Source: Candidatus Binatia bacterium
GTDB taxonomy: Bacteria > Desulfobacterota > Binatia > UBA1149 > CAITLU01
Assembly (NCBI GenBank): GCA_036493895.1
Contig: DASXOZ010000011.1
Coordinates: 626-64,625, forward strand
Direction of reading: 5' to 3'
Length of the DNA: 64,000 bases
A program made the translations under genes and the position numbers. How positions within the stretch are numbered: position 1 is the first letter of the stretch; every line of letters begins with the position of its first letter. Below, in pieces: positions 35,057 to 43,829 of this stretch. The notes under the pieces were generated by a model, which saw nothing but the letters and a program-made list of their open reading frames with translations, searched no databases and was not told the DNA's origin.

Positions 35057-35725
35057 TCAGCTGGCGGCGGCCGCTGATTTCTGGTCGCTCTTCCTGCCGC
35101 TGTTTTTGCCGCTGTTTTTGTCGTTCTTTTTGGCCAGCGCGTGCTCGACGAGCACCAGGCGATCGTTGCCGAAATACATGTCGTCGCCGTCGATGAACAT
35201 CGTCGGCGAGCCGAAGCCGCCGCGCGCGATCAACTCCTCGGTATTGGAACGCAGCTCGTCCTTGACTGCCGGATCGGCCGCGGCGGCAAGCAACGCTGCG
35301 GCGTCCAGCCCGATTCCCGCGGCGATGTCCGCGAGCACGTCGTCGCGCGAAATATCGCGCAGATCTCCCCAGTAGGCTTCGAAGACGCGGCGTGACCACA
35401 GCGGCAAGAGGCCGGTTCGATTCGCGACCAGGGCCGCGCGCATCGCCTTGACGCTGCTCACGGGGAAAACCGCCGGCTGGCCGATGCGCAGCCCGTACAA
35501 GGACGCCCAGTCCTGCAGGTCCTTCACGTACCAGCGCAGCTTCGGCATGACGGGGCTGCGGCGCTGCTCGTAGACGCTCTGGTTGACCGCGTTGAACACG
35601 CCGCCGACGAGGATCGGCCTCCACACGAGCGTGGCTCCGGCGCTGGCCGTCACTTCCTCGATGCGGTGGAACGCAAGGTAGGTCCAGGGGCTCGAGCAGT
35701 CGTAGAAGAATTCGAGGTTGGCCAT
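35057..35725 (-). CDS. 2-hydroxychromene-2-carboxylate isomerase / kappa-GST (DsbA-like) family protein
   Basis: [42 protein letters not shown]. Confidence 0.88.
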   Translation of the reverse strand: MANLEFFYDCSSPWTYLAFHRIEEVTASAGATLVWRPILVGGVFNAVNQSVYEQRRSPVMPKLRWYVKDLQDWASLYGLRIGQPAVFPVSSVKAMRAALVANRTGLLPLWSRRVFEAYWGDLRDISRDDVLADIAAGIGLDAAALLAAAADPAVKDELRSNTEELIARGGFGSPTMFIDGDDMYFGNDRLVLVEHALAKKNDKNSGKNSGRKSDQKSAAAAS

Positions 35726-35885
35726 GCGATTTCTGCGGCGGATTCGAAGATCCTGCGACGAAAAGGGCAGGGGGTCCAGCAGGCCGCAGATGTTGCCACG
35801 ACGCCCGCGCGTTCCCAACCAGCGAGAGGGAAGCGGGCCGCGGCCCGCTGTGGCCATCGCGACGGTGCGCGGCTATGGTCGGCCG

Positions 35886-36653
35886 ATGCCGCGCGAAAAA
35901 CTCGCATTCGTGGCCTCGACGACTCCCGAAGCGCGCGAGGCGAAGGCGCGCCTGGTGGCGCGCTACGGCGGCGTCGCGGTCGGGGAGGCCGACGTGGTCG
36001 TCGCCCTCGGCGGCGACGGGTTCATGCTCGAGGCCCTGCACGGCCAGCTCCGGCGCTGCACGCCGATTTACGGCATGAACAAGGGGACGGTCGGCTTCCT
36101 GCTGAACGATTACAGCGAGGACGACCTCGTCGAGCGCATCCGCGGCGCGGTTTCGGCATCGATTCACCCGTTGTCGATGCATGCCAGCTGCCGCAACGGC
36201 GTTCTCGTGGACGCGGTCGCGATCAACGAGGTCGCGCTGCTGCGCCAGACCCGCCAGGCCGCCAAGATCCGCGTTTCGATCGACGGCCGCGTGCGCCTGG
36301 CCGAATTGATCTGCGACGGAGTGCTGGTGGCAACGCCGGCCGGCAGCACCGCGTACAATCTTTCTGCGCACGGGCCGATCCTGCCGGTCGGCTCCAACGT
36401 GCTCGCGCTGACGCCGATCAGCGCGTTCCGTCCGCGGCTGTGGCGCGGCGCGATCCTGCCGCGCGAGGTTTCGGTGCACTTCGAGGTTCTCGATCCCGGT
36501 CACCGCCCGGTCAGTGTCACGGCGGACACGACCGAGGTGCGCGACGTCGTCGACGTCCAGATCTGCGAGAACCGCGACGTGACGCTGCAGATGCTCTTCG
36601 ATCCCGAGCACGCGCTCGAAGAGCGCATCCTCAAGGAACAGTTCATCCCGTAG
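35886..36653 (+). CDS. nadK: NAD kinase
   Basis: [44 protein letters not shown]. Confidence 0.93.
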   Translation: MPREKLAFVASTTPEAREAKARLVARYGGVAVGEADVVVALGGDGFMLEALHGQLRRCTPIYGMNKGTVGFLLNDYSEDDLVERIRGAVSASIHPLSMHASCRNGVLVDAVAINEVALLRQTRQAAKIRVSIDGRVRLAELICDGVLVATPAGSTAYNLSAHGPILPVGSNVLALTPISAFRPRLWRGAILPREVSVHFEVLDPGHRPVSVTADTTEVRDVVDVQICENRDVTLQMLFDPEHALEERILKEQFIP

Positions 36654-36669
36654 CCCGGCGGCGTCGCCG

Positions 36670-37302
36670 TCAGCTTCCGGCGCTGGTCTCGGCGATCGGC
36701 GCCGGCGAATGCGTGTAGATCCGGTCTCCCTGGTTGGAGCCGTCGGCGTTGGCGCAGTTTCCGGCGGCGAAGAACCCGATGCGGCCGATCCTGGCGGCCG
36801 GCGCTTTCCAATCGAACGTCCATGACGTGCCGCCGGTCTGGCCGATCGCCGTGCCTCCGTAGTTGTGCTCGATGTAGGACCGCGTCCCCATCGCCGCCGG
36901 GAGCACCTGCGTCGTCGCACCGTCGGACGAGAATTCGCCGGCGCCCGAGCCGTCGCTCATCGCGATCGCCGTCATCTGGAAGCCCCAGCGCAGCACTTTC
37001 GCATCCTTGTGCGCCAGGTGCACCGTCAGCGTGTACGTCTTGCCGGGCTCGTACTTCGGCGGCACCCCGTCGATGGTGATCGAGCCGTCGCCGTCAGGGT
37101 TGGCGGGGAACTGGTTGTGGCACTGGATGCACAGGCTCTCGGCGGCCTGGCCGGCGATTGCGGGCGCACCCGTCACCGCCGGCTGAGGACCGGCCGAGGC
37201 GGCGAACGTGTTGCTCGCTCGCAGCACCAGCATGGATGCGACCAGCAGTGCAATGCGTGCGGCGCGCGCGCTCCGCCGGCCGGCGAGCCGGGCATCAGCC
37301 AT
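36670..37302 (-). CDS. Secreted Reeler / choice-of-anchor-V-like protein with a CxxCH motif
   Basis: Signal-like N-terminus; TGAP...CIQCH, YEPGKTYTLTV, WGFQMTA, SWTFDWKAP, FFAAGNCAN. Confidence 0.7.
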   Translation of the reverse strand: MADARLAGRRSARAARIALLVASMLVLRASNTFAASAGPQPAVTGAPAIAGQAAESLCIQCHNQFPANPDGDGSITIDGVPPKYEPGKTYTLTVHLAHKDAKVLRWGFQMTAIAMSDGSGAGEFSSDGATTQVLPAAMGTRSYIEHNYGGTAIGQTGGTSWTFDWKAPAARIGRIGFFAAGNCANADGSNQGDRIYTHSPAPIAETSAGS

Positions 37303-37948
37303 TCGGATGCTCCGCAAAGCCCCGCAGCCATGCGGTCACTCCGCCAGCGAGATCCGCGACGCCGACCACGCGCGCGTCGCGCTGTTCGAGAATCGACGCG
37401 CTGCGGTCGCGCGCGTGAACGGTGACATCGTCGATGACGAAGTCGATGCCGGCAAGACTCTCCAGCGGCATGTCCCATCCGTCTACGTTTGCAATGGCCC
37501 CGCGGCGCGCGATCACCGCGAGCAGCCGCGGCGGCGCGAACAGCGCAAGCGTCGTCGAGAGCACGCCGCCTTGCCCGTCGCCGCCGAGCACGAACGGGCG
37601 CTCGAGCGCGAGGACGAAATTTTCGACCTCGCCGATCGCATCGGCGAAGCTCGCCGCTTCGGGCCGCTCGTGATCGTCGCCGAGGTACCACGAAAATCCG
37701 GCGTAGGAATCCGACGAGCGAAGGTTGCTCTGCATCGGGTTGCAGGGACGCGCGGCCTGCAGCGCGAAGATGTCCGGCTCGCTTCCAGCCAGGGTGCGCG
37801 CGTCGCCAAGTCCGCCGCCGGCGTCGCCGCCGCGCGCATGCAGCCAGACGACGACCGGAAGAAGGTCACCGGCGCTTCCCGCCGAGTGGGAGCGAAGGAG
37901 CGAGCAGTCCGGCGCAGGGCCGGAAGTCGGGCGCCCTGGCGGGTTCAG
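37295..37948 (-). CDS. Phospholipase/carboxylesterase-like alpha/beta hydrolase homolog lacking the catalytic Ser; probable CTG start
   Basis: VVWLHARGGD, GFSWY and FVLGGDGQGG (canonical GFSQGG). There is no ATG/GTG/TTG in frame after the upstream stop, but CTG at 37948-37946 overlaps that TGA with AAGGA upstream. Confidence 0.6.
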   Translation of the reverse strand: MNPPGRPTSGPAPDCSLLRSHSAGSAGDLLPVVVWLHARGGDAGGGLGDARTLAGSEPDIFALQAARPCNPMQSNLRSSDSYAGFSWYLGDDHERPEAASFADAIGEVENFVLALERPFVLGGDGQGGVLSTTLALFAPPRLLAVIARRGAIANVDGWDMPLESLAGIDFVIDDVTVHARDRSASILEQRDARVVGVADLAGGVTAWLRGFAEHPNG

Positions 37949-39741
37949 TCGATTTCCTTGACCGGCGCGGCCGCCGCGCCCTTTCCTGCGAGCATCGCGA
38001 ACGTGATCGCCGGTCCGAGGGTGCCGCCGCCGCCGTAGTAGTACTGGCCGGTCGGCGACGCGATGCAGTTGCCGGCACCGTACAGGCCCGCGATCGGCTC
38101 GCCGTCGGCGCCGAGCACCTGCGCGCTCGCGCTGGTCGCCGGACCGCCGTTGGTGTCGAGCGTCCCGGCCGCAAGGATGATCGCGTACAGGTGACCGGTC
38201 GGGTCGATCGGATGCATCGTCGGATTGAGCGTCTGGCCGATTGCCTGCGAGGTGCCCTGGTTCGGATACGACCAGACGTGCGAGAACCAGAGGCGGTCGT
38301 AGAGTTTCTCGCCGCGATGGAAGTCGACGTCGATGCCGTGGCCGGCAAACTCGTTGTAGCGCTTGAAGGTCGTCGACAGCGTTGCGGCGAACCCTTCGTC
38401 GAGCCGTACGCCGCCGGTCTTCGGCGCGAGCCTCAGCAGACGCTGGTCGATCGCGTCGGCCAGCTCCTGGGGGTTGGCACCGGTGATCACGTACGGTGCC
38501 TGGGTTCCGGCCGGCGGGATCGGGAAACGTCCGCCGAACAACTCGGCGCTGCGCTGGTCGTAAACCATCAGCATCAGCATGTTCGGCCATTCGTGCCGCG
38601 AAGGATCCCACGCAAAATGCACGCGCGTGCGCTCGTTGTAGTTCGAGCATTCGTTGACGACGCGGCGCCCGTAGCGGTTGACGAGGACCATCGAGTCGCC
38701 CGGCGGCATGAAGACGTCGTCGGGAGTGCTCGAGAACTGCAGCGCCTGCTCGAGCACGATCTCGGCGCGCCACGCCGAGCTCATGTTGCCGAGGCGCGCT
38801 CCTGCGGCGGTGGCCATGTAGACGAAGTCGCCTTCGTTGGTCGGCACCGCGCAGCCGCCGAAGATCGGTCCGGGCTGGAACGCCGTGGTCAGCTCGCGAT
38901 TCTGCGTGAAGCCGCCGCTTCCGAACACGACGCCTTTTTTGGCGCGAAGCCGCACGATCGTCTTGTCGATCTTTTCCGCCTCGATGCCGACGACCTCGCC
39001 GGCGTGGTTGCGAAGGATCGTCACGACACGGTGGCCCATCAGCGTCGCGATCTTGCGCGAGTCGATCGCGGCCCTGAGCTGGCGGACCATCTCGTCGCCG
39101 AGCCCGAACGAGCCGTCGGGTTTTTTCGCCCACAGGCGCCGGTCCACCGGCGTGATGTCGTCGACGGCTTCTTCGAAGTAATCGGGCATCGCGCCGAACG
39201 GCGGCATGTCGGCCGGCTGCGAGATCAGCGCTTTCATGTTCTCGAGCTCGTCGACGACGACGGGGCCGTTGTCGTAGAGGGCTTTGAGAAGGTCGTACTG
39301 GAGCTGGGAGAGGCCGAGCGTCTTGTCGTCGGCGCGAAAGAGCTGGGGATACGAAAAGCGCGCCATCTTCGCGATCGTCTTGTCGCGAGGCTCTTCGACG
39401 CCGCGCTCGCGCAGGAAGCGGTTGTTCGGGATCCAGTAGACTCCGCCGGACTTCGACGTCGTGCCGCCGAACAGCAGGGCCTTCTCGACGAGGGCCACCG
39501 ACGCACCGGCCTCGTGCGCGAACAGCGCCGCGACCGATCCCGCCGCGCCGCTGCCGACGACGACGACGTCCACTTCCTGGTCGAACTTGAGCTTGTCGGC
39601 GGCGCGGGCCTCGCGCACGCCCGGCAGCGTAGCGGCGCCGGCACCGGCGGCGGCCACGCCCGCGAGCCTCAGAAAGTCACGGCGAGAAATTCCCGGACGC
39701 GCCGGCGGCGCGCCCCCTGCTGCGGAGCTGTCGTCGTTCAC
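37945..39741 (-). CDS. Tat-exported FAD-dependent oxidoreductase, 3-ketosteroid-delta1-dehydrogenase (KstD)-like
   Basis: SRRDFLRLAG twin-arginine signal; DVVVVGSGAAG, GGTTSKSGGVYWIPNN, VNRYGRRVVNE, GTLDTNGG, GLYGAGN, GGTLGPAITF. Confidence 0.85.
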   Translation of the reverse strand: MNDDSSAAGGAPPARPGISRRDFLRLAGVAAAGAGAATLPGVREARAADKLKFDQEVDVVVVGSGAAGSVAALFAHEAGASVALVEKALLFGGTTSKSGGVYWIPNNRFLRERGVEEPRDKTIAKMARFSYPQLFRADDKTLGLSQLQYDLLKALYDNGPVVVDELENMKALISQPADMPPFGAMPDYFEEAVDDITPVDRRLWAKKPDGSFGLGDEMVRQLRAAIDSRKIATLMGHRVVTILRNHAGEVVGIEAEKIDKTIVRLRAKKGVVFGSGGFTQNRELTTAFQPGPIFGGCAVPTNEGDFVYMATAAGARLGNMSSAWRAEIVLEQALQFSSTPDDVFMPPGDSMVLVNRYGRRVVNECSNYNERTRVHFAWDPSRHEWPNMLMLMVYDQRSAELFGGRFPIPPAGTQAPYVITGANPQELADAIDQRLLRLAPKTGGVRLDEGFAATLSTTFKRYNEFAGHGIDVDFHRGEKLYDRLWFSHVWSYPNQGTSQAIGQTLNPTMHPIDPTGHLYAIILAAGTLDTNGGPATSASAQVLGADGEPIAGLYGAGNCIASPTGQYYYGGGGTLGPAITFAMLAGKGAAAAPVKEID

Positions 39742-39750
39742 GCGCCGATC

Positions 39751-40722
39751 TCAGGCTGCAGCGGCGGCGCCGGTCGGCGCCGAGTAGAACTGCCGCGTCC
39801 ACTGGCGGTACTCCCCGATCGGGCCGTCGGATTCGCAAAGGGCCGGCCGCGCCTGGAATCCCTTGTGTTCCCAGATCTGGAAGTCCTGCTGGATCGCCAG
39901 CGACTGGTCGTCCATGTACAGCTTGAGCAGCGCGCGCGTCTCGTCTTCGCTGCGGCCGTCCTTCTTGCCGATCACGCCGAAATGGATGCGCGTGATCTCG
40001 TCGTCGACCGGCGTGAGCCCTGCGACGATCACCGTCGTGAACATCCCGGAGTAGATCAGCCAGTCGAACCCGAGCCCCCAGTTCTGCGCCTGGATGTTGA
40101 AGTCGTCGCTGACGCCGCCCATCGTCTGCACGTCCTTGCGCGTCCAGATCGCCCACTTGAACATGTGCTGGTGGAATTCGTGGGAGCGATTCTTCGGCGC
40201 GTCCATCAGGTGCACGAAGTTGAAGTGGGGCCAGTCGATCGCGTTCTCCATGATGTCCTGGGGATGCGTGCGGACGTCCCAGGAGTATTTGTCGTAGCTG
40301 GAGGTCCAGTCGTCGGCGCCGAAGTACTCGATCGCCGGGATCTCGAAATCGGGCGCCGCGCCTTCGGCGTGGTACCAGACGAACACGAGCCCGCTGTGCT
40401 CGAGCACCGGGTAGGCGCCGGCGCGCGCCTTGGCGGGAATCTTGTCGGTGTACGGGATGTGGCGGCAGGTGCCGCCGGTATCGAACTGCCAGCTGTGGAA
40501 GGGACAGACGAGGCGGTTGCCTTCGACTTTTCCGCCATACCCGAAGTGGGCGCCGAGGTGAGGGCAGAACGGCTCGAAGGCCCCGGCTTTTCCGTCTTCG
40601 CCGCGGAACAGCACGATGTCGCGGCCGAGGTAGTGGACGGTCTTCACTTCGCCTTTGGCAAGCTCGTCCGAATAGCAGACCTGGTACCAGCTGTTGGGGA
40701 TGCCGAACGGAAATCGGGCCAT
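39751..40722 (-). CDS. Rieske non-heme iron oxygenase, KshA/sterol-oxygenase-like
   Basis: CPHLGAH...CPFHSW Rieske motif and ENAIDWPHFNFVH mononuclear iron motif; starts MARFPFGIPNSWY. Confidence 0.88.
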   Translation of the reverse strand: MARFPFGIPNSWYQVCYSDELAKGEVKTVHYLGRDIVLFRGEDGKAGAFEPFCPHLGAHFGYGGKVEGNRLVCPFHSWQFDTGGTCRHIPYTDKIPAKARAGAYPVLEHSGLVFVWYHAEGAAPDFEIPAIEYFGADDWTSSYDKYSWDVRTHPQDIMENAIDWPHFNFVHLMDAPKNRSHEFHQHMFKWAIWTRKDVQTMGGVSDDFNIQAQNWGLGFDWLIYSGMFTTVIVAGLTPVDDEITRIHFGVIGKKDGRSEDETRALLKLYMDDQSLAIQQDFQIWEHKGFQARPALCESDGPIGEYRQWTRQFYSAPTGAAAAA

Positions 40723-40748
40723 CGCGATGAACCTCCGGGGCAGATACG

Positions 40749-40763
40749 TGGGGTCAGGCACCA
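40749..40763. repeat. Single REP-like arm
   Basis: TGGGGTCAGGCACCA, identical to the core of the 24541 and 25975 elements, in the 5' leader of the Rieske gene. Confidence 0.7.
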
Positions 40764-40826
40764 GCGGCCACGTGCGCAATCACGCCTCGGTGGATAGCTG
40801 GCGTCGGACCCCGGATTTCGCCCATA

Positions 40827-40840
40827 TAGAACGTGTTCCA
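40827..40840. promoter_or_regulatory. KstR-like palindromic operator, site D (divergent promoter)
   Basis: TAGAACGTGTTCCA, a full match to TnnAACnnGTTnnA, between the Rieske gene and the SDR-crotonase-MFS operon. Confidence 0.72.
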
Positions 40841-40992
40841 GTGCCCGTGCAAGGGGCGGGCGGCGCGGCTACCATGCGGCGCGCAGCCGCCGACGGGGCG
40901 GGGGCAGGCCGGGGGACCGGCCGGCGGCGGATCTGGCAATGAAACCGGGACGAGCGGGACAAGCAGACCAAGAGGGACAAGGAGGAGAGGCG

Positions 40993-41778
40993 ATGACAGC
41001 GCGTCGGTGCCTGGAGGGAAAAGTCGCGGTGGTTACCGGTGCCGGGTCCGGCATCGGAAGGGCCACGGCCCTGCGCTTCGCGCGCGAAGGCGCCGCGGTC
41101 GTCGTCGGCGACCTGCAGGCAGCGAGCGCCGAAGCTGCGGCGGCGGAGATCGTCGCATCGGGGGGCCTTGCGGTGGCGCGCACCGTGGACGTCGCGGTCT
41201 CCGCCGAAGTCGATGCCCTGATCGACGATGCCGTCAGCCACTTCGGGCGCATCGACATCCTGATGAACAACGCGGCCGCCCCCCATGGTGCGCCGATCCT
41301 GGCAACTACCGATGCCGACTGGCGCCGCGTGATGTCGGTAACGCTCGACGGAGTCTTCTTCGGGCTTCGCGCGGCACTCGGGCGCATGACTGCCCAGCGC
41401 TCGGGCAGCATCCTCAACATTTCGTCGGGAGCGGGTCTCGGCGGCGAGGTGATGCTCGGTGCCTACGGCGCGGCCAAGGCCGCCGTGATCAACCTGACCA
41501 AGACCGCTGCCGTCGAGAACGCCGGTTACGGCGTGCGCATCAACTGCATCTGCCCCGGGCCGATCTCGACGCCGCCGCTGCATGCATGGCTCGGTGCGAT
41601 TCCGGGCGGGGTCGACGCGTTCTCGCGACAGATTCCCGCACGTCGCATCGGCGAGCCGGAGGAGATCGCTGCAGTCGCGACGTTCCTCGCCAGCGACGAA
41701 GCCTCTTACGTGACCGGCGCCGTCGTTGTCGTCGACGGCGGGGTGAATGCCCGGACGGGGACGCCGCGGTTCGACTAG
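40993..41778 (+). CDS. SDR family oxidoreductase
   Basis: LEGKVAVVTGAGSGIG, MNNAA, YGAAK, NCICPGPI. GGAGGAG SD before ATG 40993. Confidence 0.92.
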   Translation: MTARRCLEGKVAVVTGAGSGIGRATALRFAREGAAVVVGDLQAASAEAAAAEIVASGGLAVARTVDVAVSAEVDALIDDAVSHFGRIDILMNNAAAPHGAPILATTDADWRRVMSVTLDGVFFGLRAALGRMTAQRSGSILNISSGAGLGGEVMLGAYGAAKAAVINLTKTAAVENAGYGVRINCICPGPISTPPLHAWLGAIPGGVDAFSRQIPARRIGEPEEIAAVATFLASDEASYVTGAVVVVDGGVNARTGTPRFD

Positions 41779-41808
41779 AAGGCGGTACCTGCTGTAGAGA
41801 GCGGCGCG

Positions 41809-42603
41809 ATGGGATACGACGACATCCTCGTGGAGAACTCCGGCGGCATCGCGTGGGTCACGATCAATCGCGAAGCCAAGGGCAACGCATTCCGCGTGCA
41901 GACCGTGCGCGAGCTGATCGACGCGCTCGAGCAGGCCCGCCGGGACGCCGACGTGCGCAGCATCGTGCTGACGGGCGCGGGAACCCGCTTCTTCTGCATC
42001 GGCGGCGACCACGATCACGGCGGTGAGGCGGATCACGACGACCGCATCCACTACGGCAACGTCTTCCCCGTCACCGACCTCTACGACCTGATCGACAAGG
42101 TGCCGAAACCCATCGTCGCGATGGTCGCCGGTTTCGCCGTCGGAGGCGGCAACGTGCTCGCGCTGATGTGCGATCTGACGATCGCGTCCACTGCGGCGAC
42201 CTTCCGCCAGGTCGGGCCGATGATGGGCAGCTTCGATGCCGGCTTCGGCACCTGGTACCTCGAGGAAGCCGTCGGCCGCAAGAAGGCGAAAGAGATCTGG
42301 ATGCTCAATCGCAAGTACGCAGCGGCCGAGGCGCTCGCGATGGGGCTCATCAACGAAGTCGTCGAGCCCGAAAAGCTTCGCGCGCGAGTCGTCGAGATCT
42401 GCGAGGAGCTGGCCGATCGCGGGCCCCAGGCGCTGGCAGCGATCAAGGCCTCGTTCCACGCGCGCCACGGCGGTGTTGCCGGCCTTTCGCGCGTCGCGCT
42501 CGACCTGCTGACGCCGAACTACTACCGCAGCGACGAGAGCAGGGAGCTCGGCCGCGCCTTCGGCGCAAAGCAGAAGCCGGATCGAAAGAAGTTCTACCGA
42601 TGA
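41809..42603 (+). CDS. Crotonase-family enzyme of the MenB/BadI (ring C-C forming or cleaving) type
   Basis: FFCIGGD, GFAVGGGNVL, FRQVGPMMGSFDAGFG, VGRKKAKEIWML. Confidence 0.82.
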   Translation: MGYDDILVENSGGIAWVTINREAKGNAFRVQTVRELIDALEQARRDADVRSIVLTGAGTRFFCIGGDHDHGGEADHDDRIHYGNVFPVTDLYDLIDKVPKPIVAMVAGFAVGGGNVLALMCDLTIASTAATFRQVGPMMGSFDAGFGTWYLEEAVGRKKAKEIWMLNRKYAAAEALAMGLINEVVEPEKLRARVVEICEELADRGPQALAAIKASFHARHGGVAGLSRVALDLLTPNYYRSDESRELGRAFGAKQKPDRKKFYR

Positions 42604-43829
42604 CGCGCGCCGGCTGGCGCGGCGGGCCCGGCTTCGTGCTGCTGACGCTGACGCTGGTCAACACCGTCAACTGGGCCGACCGCCAGGTCGTCCCGATCCT
42701 GGTTCCCGCGATCAAGGCCGATCTTGCCCTCACCGATACCCAGCTCGGCCTCGTCGGCGGCCTGGCCTTTTCGCTGATCTACGCGCTGTCGGCGTTTCTC
42801 TTCGGATTTCTCGCCGACCGGAGCAGCCGCCGCCGCGTCATCCTGTTCGGGCTGGTGTGCTGGAGCGTGGCGACCGCTGCCGGCGCTTTCGCGCACGACT
42901 TCTGGTCCTTGTTCGCTGCGCGCTTCGTCACGGGAATCGGCGAGGCTTCGCTGTATCCCTGCGCGATGTCGCTGCTCACCGATGCGTTCCCCACCGAGCG
43001 TCAGGGGAATGCGATCGGAATGTTCGGTGCTTCCACGGCGGTCGGCAGCGGCCTCGGGATCGGGCTCGGCGGCCCGCTGGTCGCCCACCTCGGCTGGCGC
43101 AGCGTCTTTCTTCTTTACGGAGGCGCGGGCCTGCTCGTGCTTCCGCTGCTGCTGATGATGGAGGAGCCGGCGCGAAGCGGCAGCGAAGTCGCGCTGGCGC
43201 ACGATCCTCCCGTTTCGATCATCCGCGGCGCTCTCGGCGACGTCCGTCTGCTGGCCGTCTGGCTGACCGGAACCCTGCTGATTGCAGCGGCGACGGGATG
43301 GATCACGTGGGCGCCGACGTATTTCGTCCGCGATCTCCAGTTCGACGTCGGAAGCGTCGCGGGGATCTTCGGCATCGCGCAGCTTTTCGGCGGTGTGGCC
43401 GGCAGCATTGCCGGGGGCCGCCTCGGCGACCGTTATCGCAAGCGGCGCGTGGCCGGACAGCTGTCGGTCGCCGCGCTCGCGTCGCTGGCGGCCGTGCCGC
43501 TGTTCGGCGTCGCGCTTCTCGACGTTCCGCACCCGCTGCTGATGACGTGCGCCGTTCTCGGGCCTTTCGCGATCTTCGCGGCTTTTCCGAGCCTGCAAAG
43601 CCAGGTCGCCGAGATCGTCCCGGCGCGCCGCCGTGGGCTCGTCTTCGCAGTGCACGTGTTTTTTCTGAGCGGAATCGGCGCCGCGCTCGGGCCTTTCCTC
43701 GTAGGATTTCTCTCGGACCGCACCGGGAGCCTGCGCGCCGCGCTGCTTGCGCCGCTGCTCGGCGTGCTTCTTGCCTCGCTGAGCGCGATGTTCGCCGCGC
43801 GCGTCGTCAGGGCGCGTACACCGTCGTGA
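42600..43829 (+). CDS. MFS transporter (spinster-like)
   Basis: VNWADRQVVPIL, GFLADRSSRRR, ARFVTGIGEA; about 12 hydrophobic segments; ATGA overlap. Confidence 0.9.
   Translation: MTRAGWRGGPGFVLLTLTLVNTVNWADRQVVPILVPAIKADLALTDTQLGLVGGLAFSLIYALSAFLFGFLADRSSRRRVILFGLVCWSVATAAGAFAHDFWSLFAARFVTGIGEASLYPCAMSLLTDAFPTERQGNAIGMFGASTAVGSGLGIGLGGPLVAHLGWRSVFLLYGGAGLLVLPLLLMMEEPARSGSEVALAHDPPVSIIRGALGDVRLLAVWLTGTLLIAAATGWITWAPTYFVRDLQFDVGSVAGIFGIAQLFGGVAGSIAGGRLGDRYRKRRVAGQLSVAALASLAAVPLFGVALLDVPHPLLMTCAVLGPFAIFAAFPSLQSQVAEIVPARRRGLVFAVHVFFLSGIGAALGPFLVGFLSDRTGSLRAALLAPLLGVLLASLSAMFAARVVRARTPS

Noticed and set aside
37949-39133. 5' two-thirds of the 612-aa ORF 37295..39133
   Set aside because: It is an alternate-frame shadow inside the FAD oxidoreductase; only the part below 37948 looks like a protein.
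4451-40840. LexA/SOS (Cheo) boxes, suggested by GAAC...GTTC and dnaE2 in the window
   Set aside because: The Gram-positive-type SOS box has a 4-nt spacer (GAAC-N4-GTTC); these sites have 2 nt and precede catabolic rather than repair genes.
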